DNA from: Patescibacteria group bacterium
Lineage (GTDB): Bacteria; Patescibacteriota; Patescibacteriia; UBA2591; JAQUPP01
DNA length: 64,000 nucleotides
Reading direction: 5' to 3'
NCBI GenBank assembly: GCA_028716665.1
Contig: JAQUPP010000002.1
Span: forward strand, 203,717-267,716
Shown: positions 28,743 to 38,906 of the stretch, one piece after another
How positions within the stretch are numbered: the stretch's first letter is position 1
Layout: each line of letters starts with the position of its first letter
The notes under the pieces: generated by a model
The model's database searches: none
Seen by the model: only the letters and a program-made list of their open reading frames with translations
What the model was told of the DNA's origin: nothing
Position numbers and translations under genes: made by a program

Positions 28743-29336
28743 ATGCCGGAAATAAATGACGAGCAACTGGTTAAAAAATATTTAAAAGGCGATGAAAAGT
28801 CGTTGGAAATTTTAATTCAACAATATCTCAAACCCGTCTATAACTTTATCTATCATTATGTAAATAGCGCTTCGGACGCCGAAGATATAACCCAAGAGGT
28901 ATTTGTAAAAATGTGGAGAAATCTTAAAAAACCTGCCCTGAGCTTGTCGAAGGGGTTTGATCCTGAAAAAGGAAAGCTTAAAACTTGGCTTTTCAGTATT
29001 GCCAAAAATGCTTCGATTGATTTTCTTAGAAGAAAAAAAACATTGTCGTTTTCCGTATTCACAGATGAAAAAGGGGATAATATTATTACAGATACATTAA
29101 AAGATAGTTCTCTATTGCCTGATGAAATTTTTGAACAAAAAAATGCAACTCAATCTCTTTTTTCGGCTATAAAAAAACTTTCTCCGAAATATCGTTTAGT
29201 GCTTGATAAACATTATAATGACGATCTTACTTTTCGTGAAATCGCCCAATCTCTTAATGAACCGCTTCATACCATAAAAAGCCGATACAGACGCGCCCTG
29301 ATTTCTCTTAAAAAATTTCTTGTTGAATCAATATAA
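28743..29336 (+). CDS. ECF-type sigma-70 family sigma factor
   Basis: Region 2 'YNFIYHYVNSASDAEDITQEVFVKMWRN' and region 4 HTH 'LTFREIAQSLNEPLHTIKSRYRRAL'. Confidence 0.8.
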   Translation: MPEINDEQLVKKYLKGDEKSLEILIQQYLKPVYNFIYHYVNSASDAEDITQEVFVKMWRNLKKPALSLSKGFDPEKGKLKTWLFSIAKNASIDFLRRKKTLSFSVFTDEKGDNIITDTLKDSSLLPDEIFEQKNATQSLFSAIKKLSPKYRLVLDKHYNDDLTFREIAQSLNEPLHTIKSRYRRALISLKKFLVESI

Positions 29337-29400
29337 ATAAATTTTTTTTCAGAAGACAAAGGGATGCACCAAAATGCATCCCTTTGACGTATTATATAGT

Positions 29401-29799
29401 ATGAATAATCAGGAAAAATTATTTAAACCCTCGGATGGTCTTTTTGACCAAATAATGTCTCGTATTCACGAGGAGCAAAAAATAATAATGGTTAAGCGCA
29501 GATTTGCGATATTTTTTGTCGGCTTGATCGGTTCTATGGCGGCTTTTATGCCTGCCTTTAAAATGATGCAAACTGGATTTAATGAATCCGGTTTTATTAA
29601 TTTTTTCTCTTTATTTTTCACTGATATTGGAATGGTCATGACTTATTGGCGCAGTTTTGCCATGACGCTTTTAGGAACACTGCCCCTGATGAGCGTGGCC
29701 ACTTTTCTGGTTATTGTTTTCATATTCCTCGAATCGCTCAAATTTTTAACGCAAGATATGAGAATTATTTTAAAGCACGCGCAAATATTTAATCATTAA
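29401..29799 (+). CDS. Putative anti-sigma factor / membrane protein
   Basis: Immediately downstream of the ECF sigma. It has a cytoplasmic N-terminus and then TM helices. I moved the start to 29401 because the ATG at 29374 lies inside the hairpin AAAGGGATGCA-ccaaaa-TGCATCCCTTT. Confidence 0.45.
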   Translation: MNNQEKLFKPSDGLFDQIMSRIHEEQKIIMVKRRFAIFFVGLIGSMAAFMPAFKMMQTGFNESGFINFFSLFFTDIGMVMTYWRSFAMTLLGTLPLMSVATFLVIVFIFLESLKFLTQDMRIILKHAQIFNH

Positions 29800-29813
29800 T
29801 ATTAAATAATAAT

Positions 29814-30335
29814 ATGGATTTTAATAAAATTGATTTCAATAAATTTTTTCGATCAAAATCATTTAAGATCATTACTCTGATAATAATCGGAGTGATTGTT
29901 TTTTTACTTATTTTTAATCTTGGAATGATCATCGGGTTCAGAAAGGCTAATTTTTCTTACAAGTGGGGAGAAAATTATCATCAGAATTTTGCCGGTCCCC
30001 GCGGCGGTTTTTTCAGAGATTTCGGCGGCAGAGATTTTATAGAACCGCACGGAGTTTTTGGGCAAATTATTAAAATTGAAGACTCCACGCTTATTATCAA
30101 AAGTCCTGATAATGTGGAAAAAACTGTAATTGCCAAAGACGATACTGTAATTGAGCGTTTTAGAGAAACTATAAAATTAACCGATCTTAAAATTGATGAT
30201 CAAATCGTGGTTATAGGCGAACCGAACACCAGCGGACAAATAGAGGCGAAATTTATCAGAATCATGCCTCAACCAAAAAAAGAAATGCCGATGGGAAAAT
30301 TGCCTGATTTTCAAATGCCCGGCCGCCAGCGCTAA
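29814..30335 (+). CDS. Membrane-anchored hypothetical protein
   Basis: One N-terminal TM helix 'IITLIIIGVIVFLLIFNLGMIIGF' and a soluble domain. Confidence 0.5.
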   Translation: MDFNKIDFNKFFRSKSFKIITLIIIGVIVFLLIFNLGMIIGFRKANFSYKWGENYHQNFAGPRGGFFRDFGGRDFIEPHGVFGQIIKIEDSTLIIKSPDNVEKTVIAKDDTVIERFRETIKLTDLKIDDQIVVIGEPNTSGQIEAKFIRIMPQPKKEMPMGKLPDFQMPGRQR

Positions 30336-30370
30336 ATTATATTAATTATTCTTTTATTATATTTATTATG

Positions 30371-30579
30371 CCAGGTAGTGGACTTTGACTTGTCCTCTCA
30401 CAGCTAAAAAGTTTTATCTGGTATATATTTCGCGCATCTAACATATTGTTGAAGATTTAATTTGTTGATTTTTGGTCGGACAAAAAATCATAAGATAAAC
30501 AAAGGTTTCCTAAAATAATTTAATTAATAATTTAAAACTTTGGTAATTTTACAAAAATTGTCAAAGTTCTACTACCTGG
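30371..30579. promoter_or_regulatory. Pair of 19-20-bp inverted repeats (CCAGGTAGTgGACTTTGAC ... GTCAAAGTtCTACTACCTGG) bracketing the 5' leader of the ABC exporter operon; the right arm abuts the start codon
   Basis: Read directly from the sequence: 30371-30389 and 30560-30579. Confidence 0.6.
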
Positions 30580-30580
30580 T

Positions 30581-32461
30581 ATGAAGAAAAAAATTACATC
30601 AAAACAAAAATTTATTATCGCGCTGATTATTATTTTAATAGCCGGCGGAAGTTATTTTGTATATAAAAAAAATAAAAGCAACACAACTGAAATTCGTTAT
30701 ACATTAACCAAGGTTGAAAAGGGGACGTTGATTACTTCTGTTTCCGGAAGCGGACAAATTTCAGCCTCCAATCAAGTGGATATTAAAGCAAAAGCATCGG
30801 GCGACGTGGTTTATTTGGGAGTAAAATTAGGCCAAGAAGTTAAAAGCGGGACCTCTCTTGTCAGATTGGATCCCAGTGATGCTCAAATAAATGTACGGAA
30901 CGCCGAGACAGCTCTTGAAACAGCCAAGCTTCAATTGGAGGATCTATTGGCTCCGGCAGACAAGCTTACAATGTTGCAAGCGGAAAATTCTCTTGTTCAA
31001 GCCAAGGACAGTTTGACTAAACTTAAATTTACTCAAGCGACTAATTATCAGAATGCTTTAGACGCTAAACAAAACGCCAAAGATGATCTTCAAAAAGCTT
31101 ATGAGGATGGTTTTAATAATGTATCGAATACATTTCTTGAACTTCCGAACATTATAACCGGACTTCAAGATTTATTGTTTGGTTTTAATTTTTCAACAAC
31201 TCAATACAATCTTGATTACTATACAAGTATTTCTCAATTATATGACGAAAAAGCGACGCAATACAGAGATGACACTTATACGAAATATCAATCTGCCCGC
31301 ACAGCCTATGATAAAAATTTTTTGGATTACAAATCCGCGGACAGGTCTTCGGATAAAATCGTAATTGAATCACTGATCAGTGAAACCTACGAAACCACCC
31401 GAAGTATTGCTGAAGCGTTAAAAAGTGTCACTAATTTAATTCAATTTTATAAAGATAAATTAACCGAGCGCAGTTTAAGACCACAAACACTTGCCGATAC
31501 TCATCTCTCCACTCTCAGCACTTATACCGGAAAAACAAACACATATCTTCTTAACCTTCTTTCAATCAAGAGTACTTTGCAAACAGACAAAGATACAATT
31601 ATTGATAAAGAGAGAGATTTGAAAGAAATGGATCAAAATTATCCTCTTGATTTGACAGCCAGTGAAGAAAGTATAAAAGAAAAAGAACAAAAATTGGCCG
31701 ATTTGAAAGCCGGTGCCACTGATCTTGATATTAGAAATCAAAAAATAACTATTCAGCAAAAGCAAGATGCTTTAACAAGCGCGAAACAAACTCTTGCGGA
31801 TTATTATATTCAGGCCCCTTTTGACGGAGTGGTTGCAGAGTTAAATGTTAAAAACGGAGATTCAATTTCTTCCGGTGCCTCGGTTATTACCTTTATCACC
31901 AAGCAAAAAATGGCTGAGGTTACTCTTAACGAAGTTGATATTGCTAAAGTGAAAATAGGACAAAAAGTAACCATCACTTTTGACGCAATTGAAGATTTAA
32001 GTATCAGCGGTGAAGTGATAGAAACCGACGCAATCGGAACGGTTTCTCAAGGAGTGGTGACTTATAACGTAAAAATCGGATTTGACACTCAAGATGAACG
32101 TGTGAAATCAGGAATGAGTATGTCTGCGACAATAATTACGGATGTTAAACAAGACGTTTTATTAATTCCCAACTCCGCGGTAAAAACTTTGGGCGACACG
32201 TCTTACGTGGAAATATTTGATTCAACAATTAATCCAAAAAATTCAACGACAAATACTGCGACTGTTATTGTAAAAAATTCTCCCGCTCAGCAATCAATTC
32301 AGACCGGTTTGATAAATGATTCGTCCACGGAAATTATAAGCGGTCTTAAAGAAGGCGATTGGGTGGTCAGTGGGACCAGCAGCAGTTCTTCTGCCACGCA
32401 AACAAAAACAACCAATACAAGAAATTTATTTCAAATGGGAGGCGGCGGACCGCGCGATTAA
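30581..32461 (+). CDS. HlyD/MacA-family periplasmic adaptor (membrane fusion protein)
   Basis: N-terminal TM helix, long coiled coil, and lipoyl/beta-barrel motifs 'YIQAPFDGVVAELNVKNGD'. Confidence 0.8.
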   Translation: MKKKITSKQKFIIALIIILIAGGSYFVYKKNKSNTTEIRYTLTKVEKGTLITSVSGSGQISASNQVDIKAKASGDVVYLGVKLGQEVKSGTSLVRLDPSDAQINVRNAETALETAKLQLEDLLAPADKLTMLQAENSLVQAKDSLTKLKFTQATNYQNALDAKQNAKDDLQKAYEDGFNNVSNTFLELPNIITGLQDLLFGFNFSTTQYNLDYYTSISQLYDEKATQYRDDTYTKYQSARTAYDKNFLDYKSADRSSDKIVIESLISETYETTRSIAEALKSVTNLIQFYKDKLTERSLRPQTLADTHLSTLSTYTGKTNTYLLNLLSIKSTLQTDKDTIIDKERDLKEMDQNYPLDLTASEESIKEKEQKLADLKAGATDLDIRNQKITIQQKQDALTSAKQTLADYYIQAPFDGVVAELNVKNGDSISSGASVITFITKQKMAEVTLNEVDIAKVKIGQKVTITFDAIEDLSISGEVIETDAIGTVSQGVVTYNVKIGFDTQDERVKSGMSMSATIITDVKQDVLLIPNSAVKTLGDTSYVEIFDSTINPKNSTTNTATVIVKNSPAQQSIQTGLINDSSTEIISGLKEGDWVVSGTSSSSSATQTKTTNTRNLFQMGGGGPRD

Positions 32462-32497
32462 CATAATAAATAGAAATAGAATCATTAAAATATAATT

Positions 32498-33211
32498 ATG
32501 ATTGAATGTAAAAATATTTCAAAAATATATCAAGTCGGTGAATTCGAAACTGCTGCTTTGCAGAAAGTGTCATTTACCATTAATGATGGCGAATTCGTGG
32601 CGATTATGGGACCGTCCGGTTCAGGTAAATCAACTTTGATGCATATTTTGGGCGCGCTTGATACTCCGACCAGCGGTCAATATTTTTTAGACAATCATGA
32701 TGTTTCCACTCTTTCTGATGATGAATTGGCGGATATCAGAAAAAATAAAATCGGTTTTATTTTTCAATCATTCAATCTTTTGCCGCGCGCGACGGTTTTG
32801 CGAAATGTCATGCTGCCGCTTATTTATTCAAACGTCCCCAAAGCGGAGCGCGAAATATTGGCGCGACAAGCTTTAAAAAATGCAGGATTGGATGAATCGC
32901 ATTTTAATCATCTTTCCAATCAGCTTTCCGGTGGTCAAATGCAAAGAGTGGCCATTGCCCGCGCCTTGGTTAATAATCCGGCTTTAATTCTTGCCGACGA
33001 ACCAACCGGAAATTTGGATACCAAAACCGGTGATATTGTTTTGGAGGCTTTTCAAAAATTAAATCAAGAACAGCATCGCACGATTATTTTAATTACGCAT
33101 GAACGATATGTAGCTGAACACACGGACCGGATAATTTTTATCCGCGACGGCGCTATTGTGGAAGATTCAAAAAATAAAAACAGATTAACTATTAATCACG
33201 ATCATTTATGA
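32498..33211 (+). CDS. ABC transporter ATP-binding protein (MacB/LolD family)
   Basis: 'GPSGSGKST', '[15 protein letters not shown]', '[11 protein letters not shown]'. Confidence 0.9.
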   Translation: MIECKNISKIYQVGEFETAALQKVSFTINDGEFVAIMGPSGSGKSTLMHILGALDTPTSGQYFLDNHDVSTLSDDELADIRKNKIGFIFQSFNLLPRATVLRNVMLPLIYSNVPKAEREILARQALKNAGLDESHFNHLSNQLSGGQMQRVAIARALVNNPALILADEPTGNLDTKTGDIVLEAFQKLNQEQHRTIILITHERYVAEHTDRIIFIRDGAIVEDSKNKNRLTINHDHL

Positions 33212-34431
33212 AAGTACAAGACTTATTTGAAGAAACATATTTTGCTTTGCTCGCCAATAAAGCGCGAACAGGTTTAACTGTTCTTGGCATTGTAATCGGT
33301 ATCGGATCAGTGATTGCCATGATTTCACTCGGTCAAGGCGCGACAGGTTCCATAGAATCAAGTATTCAATCAATCGGTTCAAATTTAATTATCGTAATGC
33401 CAAGTTTTCAAAGAGGAGTCGGCACTCAAGTAAGCGCGGGTCGGGGATCTGCTCAAACGCTCAAGCCGGCGGACGCAGAAGCCATTCAAGAACAAATTAC
33501 TCTTGTGAAAGCTGTTGCTCCTGAACTTTCAGGCCGCTATCAAATTACGACAAAAGGAAAAAACACCAATACTTCGGTTATCGGGACTACGGCCGCATAT
33601 TCTTCGGTTCGCAATGTTGAAGTTGATATTGGTTCTTTTATTTCAGATCAAAATGTGCAGGGTTCATCAAAAGTGGCGGTTATCGGTCCAACGGTCAGAG
33701 ATGATCTTTTTGGCGAAAATGTAAATCCGGTCGGACAAACGATTCGCATCAAAAAAATTGAATTTAAAGTTATCGGTCTTACCAAAACAAAAGGCGGAAG
33801 CGGTTTCAGCAATCAGGACGATCAGATTTATGTTCCTTTGTCCACGGCTCAGCGTTTCTTGGCCGGTAGCGAATATGTAAGTACAATCAGCGTGCAGGCA
33901 GTTGATCAAAAATCAATGACTGAATTGCAAAGTCAAATTACAACATTATTATTAAGCCGTCACAATATTTCAGATGCTGCCTTGGCTGATTTCAGTACTA
34001 TGAATCAATCTGATATTGTGGAAAGCGCATCTTCAATAACTAAAACTTTAACCATGCTTTTGGCCGCGATTGCCGGAATTTCTTTGATTGTCGGCGGTAT
34101 TGGTATTATGAATATGATGTTGACTAACGTTACTGAGCGAACAAGGGAAATCGGTTTGCGAAAAGCCATTGGTGCCAAAAGATCGGAGATTAATCTTCAA
34201 TTTTTAACTGAGGCGGTGATGGTTACTTTCCTTGGAGGAGTTATCGGCGTTTTATTCGGCTGGCTTATTTCACTTGGCATTTCTCAATTTAGCAGTATTG
34301 CCACCAAGATGTCATTATCGTCAGTTTTGTTGGCCTTTGGCGTATCGGCCGCGATTGGAATTATATTCGGTTATTACCCGGCCCGCCGTGCTGCAGCCCT
34401 TAATCCTATTGAAGCACTGAGATACGAATAG
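33208..34431 (+). CDS. ABC transporter permease (MacB-type periplasmic domain plus FtsX 4-TM domain)
   Basis: N-terminal TM helix, a periplasmic domain of about 220 aa, then three C-terminal TM helices. 4-bp overlap with the upstream ATPase gene. Confidence 0.85.
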   Translation: MKVQDLFEETYFALLANKARTGLTVLGIVIGIGSVIAMISLGQGATGSIESSIQSIGSNLIIVMPSFQRGVGTQVSAGRGSAQTLKPADAEAIQEQITLVKAVAPELSGRYQITTKGKNTNTSVIGTTAAYSSVRNVEVDIGSFISDQNVQGSSKVAVIGPTVRDDLFGENVNPVGQTIRIKKIEFKVIGLTKTKGGSGFSNQDDQIYVPLSTAQRFLAGSEYVSTISVQAVDQKSMTELQSQITTLLLSRHNISDAALADFSTMNQSDIVESASSITKTLTMLLAAIAGISLIVGGIGIMNMMLTNVTERTREIGLRKAIGAKRSEINLQFLTEAVMVTFLGGVIGVLFGWLISLGISQFSSIATKMSLSSVLLAFGVSAAIGIIFGYYPARRAAALNPIEALRYE

Positions 34432-34482
34432 AATAAGCTAATAAGTAAATAAGTTAATAAGCTAATAAGTAATTAAAAAATT

Positions 34483-34935
34483 ATGAAAAAAATATTACCA
34501 ATTATTATAATATTGGTTGTCGTAGTAGGCGGAGGAGCTTTTTTCGGAGGCATGAAATATGCTCAAAGTAAACAATTAAAAAATGGTAATTTTGGCAATC
34601 TCTCGGCAGCAGAACGGCAACAGCGTTTTCAACAAATGGGGAACGGTATGGCTCCAACTGGAAATAGACAAGGCGGTGTAAATTCTATCAGCGGAGAAAT
34701 TATTTCTCAAGATGATAAAAGCATTACCGTCAAATTAAACGATGGCGGATCAAAAATTATTTTTTATTCCGACACGACTCAAGTTATGAAATTTTCTCAA
34801 GGATTAGCTGCTGATTTAAAAATAGGGGAGAATGTTATGGTGAATGGTTCTTCTAACTCAGACGGCAGTATTACCGCCAAATCAATTCAGCTAAGACCGG
34901 CTACACCGCCGGCTCAGCCGCAAATTCAAAAATAA
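34483..34935 (+). CDS. Small secreted protein (signal peptide/anchor, Gln/Pro-rich C-terminus)
   Basis: '[23 protein letters not shown]'. Terminator at 34951-34982. Confidence 0.5.
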   Translation: MKKILPIIIILVVVVGGGAFFGGMKYAQSKQLKNGNFGNLSAAERQQRFQQMGNGMAPTGNRQGGVNSISGEIISQDDKSITVKLNDGGSKIIFYSDTTQVMKFSQGLAADLKIGENVMVNGSSNSDGSITAKSIQLRPATPPAQPQIQK

Positions 34936-35041
34936 AAGAGTTTCTATAATCAAAAAGCGTTGTTTTTAAACAACGCTTTTTGATTTGACAAAAACAAAAA
35001 AAATGTTATTATAAAATCAGTAAATAAAAAAGGAGGAAAAA

Positions 35042-35302
35042 ATGAAATTATTTATCTGTGATGAGTGTCGCAGAGCAATAGTTTTAACCGGTGAATGGCA
35101 AAATTGTGGATGCGGAAAGGTTGGCGGTAAAAATGTTGAAAATGGCATAGAAATAATAATCGCTGTCAAAAATAAAGAAACCGCCAGAATATTGGATATA
35201 CCGGAAAGTGTTGTAAGTGGAGGCGCCCAGGAAGGAAAAGTTTCAATTATTCCATGGGCCAGTAAGGCTATAATTTTCAAAAAAAACAAACAGAAGGCTT
35301 AA
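35042..35302 (+). CDS. Small Cys-rich (CxxC...CxC) putative zinc-binding protein
   Basis: 'CDEC...CGCG'. Promoter TTGACA-17-ATTATA and a strong SD 'AGGAGG'. Confidence 0.45.
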   Translation: MKLFICDECRRAIVLTGEWQNCGCGKVGGKNVENGIEIIIAVKNKETARILDIPESVVSGGAQEGKVSIIPWASKAIIFKKNKQKA

Positions 35303-35325
35303 AAACCTTCTGTTTTTCTATATTT

Positions 35326-35486
35326 TAGGGGGTTGACCCCCTCACCAAACGTTGATATATGTATTAAACAAGAAGTCCATATTTGTTTATATTTAAAGTA
35401 TTTTTATTTATATTAAATTTTAAATTTATGGATTTGATAAATATAAAACTGAGTGTTTATCAGCGTTATAGGTGAGGGGGTTGACA
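35326..35486. mobile_element. MITE-like element copy 4 (GGGGGTTGACCCCCTCAC ... GGTGAGGGGGTTGACA; promoter TTGACA-17-TATATT at 35481-35509)
   Basis: Terminal inverted repeats, plus the direct repeat 'aaacgttgat' next to both arms. Confidence 0.7.
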
Positions 35487-35562
35487 AAACGTTGATTTTG
35501 TGCTATATTTATACTATATAAAATGGATCTTTAAAAAAAACAAAGAAAAAAAGGGAGGAAAA

Positions 35563-36453
35563 ATGGCAACAAAATTGAATGAGACGGAAAGAAGCGAATT
35601 TATAAGTAAACTTATTGATACGGTTCTACCGCAATGTAAGGATTTATCCATGAATCAATTATTAGGCGACGGGATTGTTGAGGGTCTAAAAGAAGGAATT
35701 GTGGAGTATTTGATGACTGAACAAAAAGAATATCTTTCGGAGTGGATTAATTCTAAGATGAAAATATATCGGGACGCAGGCATATCTGGAAAGATATCTG
35801 ATCTATGGCTTGATCAGATAGAAAGTATCTTAGGGGTAATTGAAGGAGAAATTGTCAACAAAAGACCTGATGGAATTGTTATCAGAGGATTAGTCGTCGG
35901 AGATGATAATATCCCTTTGATTCCTCGTATTCCGGTAAGTCGGAAAAGTTTGGATGACCAAGTAGAGATACTTATGGATAAAAAAAACGGGAGCAATAAT
36001 ATTGATCCCGAAATGATAAAGGGGTTGTTTCAATCACCAAAATCATTTTGGATACTCGATATAGATTTAGGGGAAAAATTTAGGGGAAAGTCTCCTCAAT
36101 TTGCCCTGAATGTGATCGCTACTGAACATCCAAAATTCGTACAGTATTTCAGGAAATTATCGTCTATGACTGACGAAACCGATAAGACCAATGAAGCTCA
36201 AGAAGAGAAAAAAGAAAATCAGCCATCCTTTGCGATAATGCCGAACAGAACAGGTCTTACGATTGAGGAGGTAATTTCTCTTGCTATCCAACAAGGTAAC
36301 TTGGACTATGGTATGTATGCCATAGCTTCGGAAACAGTGGACGGAAAAATCCCATGTCTAAAATTAATTGATGGGGTCCCCACGCTTTTCGCGGTAGACA
36401 AGGACAATCAAGATGAAAATTGTCAGACTCCGTTTTGTGTTCGTTTGAGGTGA
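35563..36453 (+). CDS. Hypothetical protein
   Basis: Start placed at the ATG after 'AAGGGAGGAAAAATG'. No recognisable motifs. Confidence 0.5.
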   Translation: MATKLNETERSEFISKLIDTVLPQCKDLSMNQLLGDGIVEGLKEGIVEYLMTEQKEYLSEWINSKMKIYRDAGISGKISDLWLDQIESILGVIEGEIVNKRPDGIVIRGLVVGDDNIPLIPRIPVSRKSLDDQVEILMDKKNGSNNIDPEMIKGLFQSPKSFWILDIDLGEKFRGKSPQFALNVIATEHPKFVQYFRKLSSMTDETDKTNEAQEEKKENQPSFAIMPNRTGLTIEEVISLAIQQGNLDYGMYAIASETVDGKIPCLKLIDGVPTLFAVDKDNQDENCQTPFCVRLR

Positions 36454-36542
36454 TCTATATAAATAGCCAGGTTGGTAATCAACCTGGCTATCTTTTTTTA
36501 AATGGGATTGACAAATGACATTTTTTATGTTATTATAATAAT

Positions 36543-38012
36543 ATGAAAAAATATAAATTTATAATTATTTCAATTATTTTTTCTTTTATTTTAACCCCTT
36601 TGCAAGGGGCTCTTGCTGATTATCTTCCACCCAGAGGAGCGGCGCCGATTGAAACAGGCAGTTGGAAAACTGATTTTGGTTCCCAATCTGCCATTGATAC
36701 CAAGCAAAGCACTGTTAAATGGGCGAAAAATAGCATTACATTGGCAAAAGAAGGCGACGGTTATATGTCTAATGGTGTTTTCTGGACCAATGAAATCAGT
36801 TTTAAGCAAGATATTCTTAATGTGACATTGGATGGTAATTTTGATCGTCCGACCGGAACCACTATTTTAGGTTTTGTCACTTTTGAAAATAGCGTTAGAG
36901 AATATCCTTTGAATCCTTTTGAGTGGGGAGATTTATATCAACCTGATGGCAGGGTCAGAAAAATGCGTTTAAGAATATTTCTAGCCAGCGATAATCCGGC
37001 TTTGACGCCGGTGGTTCATGAATTAAGGGTGAAGGTGGAGTTGGAAGATCGTTCCGACAGCGGACCGATTAATCGAGATAATACCAGAGTCTCGGATTTA
37101 AAAAAGATAAGAAATGTCGTTAATAATTTTTACAAAGATTTTATTATATATCCGGCTGTAAGTATATCTAATGATAATAAAGAAAACAAGGATTATCAAT
37201 GGAAATTATTAAAAGATGTTTTGGATTCCGCATCGTTAACCTGGCATAAAAGTTATACCAATGGATTTGTCGCACAACCGAAAGTGTTAGGCAATGATTT
37301 TAAATATGGATATTTAACGGGGGATTCAGGCGCTTATTATTTGATGTGGACCAGATTAGAAGATGTAAATTCCAAACATTTTGCCGGATCTGATTCGTGG
37401 AAGGGCAGTATTTTGGGAGTAAATTGTACTCCGCCAATTTATTGTTTTTCATCAAAAGGTATTCCCGGTCAAACGGAAATAATTGCCAAAACTTTTGAAA
37501 CCAATAAAAATAAAGCGAATAAAATCAAAGGCACGGTTTTTGCCAGAATTAAAAATGATCCGAAGGTTTGGTTTGTATTGAATAACCGCCGGTTTTGGAT
37601 AAGAGATCCTAAAATTTTGGATAAACTTAACGCCACTTCAAAAGATGTGGTAATTAACTCAAATATCAGTAAAGTTCCTTTATTCAAATTTATCAGAGCC
37701 AAGGACGATAAAAAAATTTATTTAATTTCTGAATCGGGATTTAAAAGATATATACCTGATATTAAAGTTTTAAATTTCTACGGCCGCACGACCGAGGTTG
37801 TCACTTTGCCGAATGATATACTTAACGCTATTCCTGATAATTGTTTAATCAGAGCCAAGGGAGACACAAAAGTTTACTTTCTTGATCAGAAAATAATCAG
37901 ATGGGTGACTTCGCCGGATGTCATTAAAAAATTGGGATTTACCACTTCAGATATAGTTAATATTGATACCAGAGAATTGAAATATTATACTGAAGCCAGT
38001 CCTATATTCTAA
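36543..38012 (+). CDS. Secreted hypothetical protein (signal peptide)
   Basis: 'MKKYKFIIISIIFSFILTPLQGALA'. Promoter TTGACA at 36508 with -10 TATTATAAT. Upstream terminator at 36463-36500. Confidence 0.6.
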   Translation: MKKYKFIIISIIFSFILTPLQGALADYLPPRGAAPIETGSWKTDFGSQSAIDTKQSTVKWAKNSITLAKEGDGYMSNGVFWTNEISFKQDILNVTLDGNFDRPTGTTILGFVTFENSVREYPLNPFEWGDLYQPDGRVRKMRLRIFLASDNPALTPVVHELRVKVELEDRSDSGPINRDNTRVSDLKKIRNVVNNFYKDFIIYPAVSISNDNKENKDYQWKLLKDVLDSASLTWHKSYTNGFVAQPKVLGNDFKYGYLTGDSGAYYLMWTRLEDVNSKHFAGSDSWKGSILGVNCTPPIYCFSSKGIPGQTEIIAKTFETNKNKANKIKGTVFARIKNDPKVWFVLNNRRFWIRDPKILDKLNATSKDVVINSNISKVPLFKFIRAKDDKKIYLISESGFKRYIPDIKVLNFYGRTTEVVTLPNDILNAIPDNCLIRAKGDTKVYFLDQKIIRWVTSPDVIKKLGFTTSDIVNIDTRELKYYTEASPIF

Positions 38013-38099
38013 TTTTTTATTTTTAGCAGAATACCTCGTGGTTTACTGCGAGGTATTTTATTAAATTTTTCATTTTGATTTTTACATTTTTAATTTTTT

Positions 38100-38906
38100 A
38101 TGATCGATACTCATAGTCATCTCAATTTTAAAGTTTTTGATAATAATTATAAAGAAGTAATCAAAAGAAGTCTTGATAACGGCGTCCAGGCGATTATTAA
38201 TATTGGCACTGATTTGGAGAGCAGTAAAAAAGTTGTGGCTATTGCCAATGAATTTCAGAATTGTTATGCCGCTGTCGGACTTCATCCGACTGATATTGAA
38301 AAAGAAAATTTTGATCCCAAAAAATATATTAATTTGGTTAATTTAAATCAAGATAAAATTAAAGCAATAGGGGAGACAGGACTTGATTATTATCACATAA
38401 CGAATAATGCCGAGCGCGACAAACAAAAAGAAATTTTTAAAAAACATTTGGAATTGGCTCAAAAATTAAATTTGCCGATAATAATTCATTGTCGCGGCAG
38501 TAAAGAAAATCCAAAAGACGCCTATTTGGAAATATTGTCAATTCTTAGTTCTTTGTCGTTTATACCCCGAGGCGTGATTCATTGTTTCACGTCTGATTTG
38601 GAAATCGCTCAAAAATTTTTAAACCTTGGTTTTTATTTGGGATTTACCGGAGTTATTACTTTCAAGAATACGCATTCTCTTTTTGAAGTTGTTAAAAATG
38701 TTGATTTGAACAGAATATTAATTGAAACGGATTGTCCGTTCTTAGCACCCGAACCCCATCGGGGAGAACAAAATGAACCTTCTTATGTCCGTTTTGTAGC
38801 TGAAAAAATTGCCGAAATTAAAGAATTGTCATTGGAAGAAATCATAAAAATAACCACTCAAAACGCAATTAAATTATTTAATTTACCCCGCACCCAGAAT
38901 TTATAA
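38100..38906 (+). CDS. tatD: TatD-family metal-dependent DNase
   Basis: 'MIDTHSHLNF', 'GETGLDYY', 'PIIIHCR', 'ILIETDCPFL'. Confidence 0.9.
   Translation: MIDTHSHLNFKVFDNNYKEVIKRSLDNGVQAIINIGTDLESSKKVVAIANEFQNCYAAVGLHPTDIEKENFDPKKYINLVNLNQDKIKAIGETGLDYYHITNNAERDKQKEIFKKHLELAQKLNLPIIIHCRGSKENPKDAYLEILSILSSLSFIPRGVIHCFTSDLEIAQKFLNLGFYLGFTGVITFKNTHSLFEVVKNVDLNRILIETDCPFLAPEPHRGEQNEPSYVRFVAEKIAEIKELSLEEIIKITTQNAIKLFNLPRTQNL

Noticed and set aside
29374-29400. Annotated ATG start of the anti-sigma candidate at 29374.
   Set aside because: The ATG lies inside a stable hairpin (AAAGGGATGCA..TGCATCCCTTT) that also follows the sigma gene. I moved the start to the next in-frame ATG at 29401, though either is possible.
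34440-34480. Short 'aataag' micro-repeats (ctaataagtaaataagttaataagctaataagtaa) between the permease gene and the next ORF.
   Set aside because: This is low-complexity AT-rich tandem repetition of a 6-mer with no evident function. It is too short to support as a feature.
17400-35486. Considered whether the recurring GGGGGTTGAC motifs could be a CRISPR array.
   Set aside because: Copies are kilobases apart and arranged as inverted terminal repeats around AT-rich cores rather than regular direct repeats with unique spacers. No cas genes are present. The Cas4-like domain is part of a helicase-nuclease.
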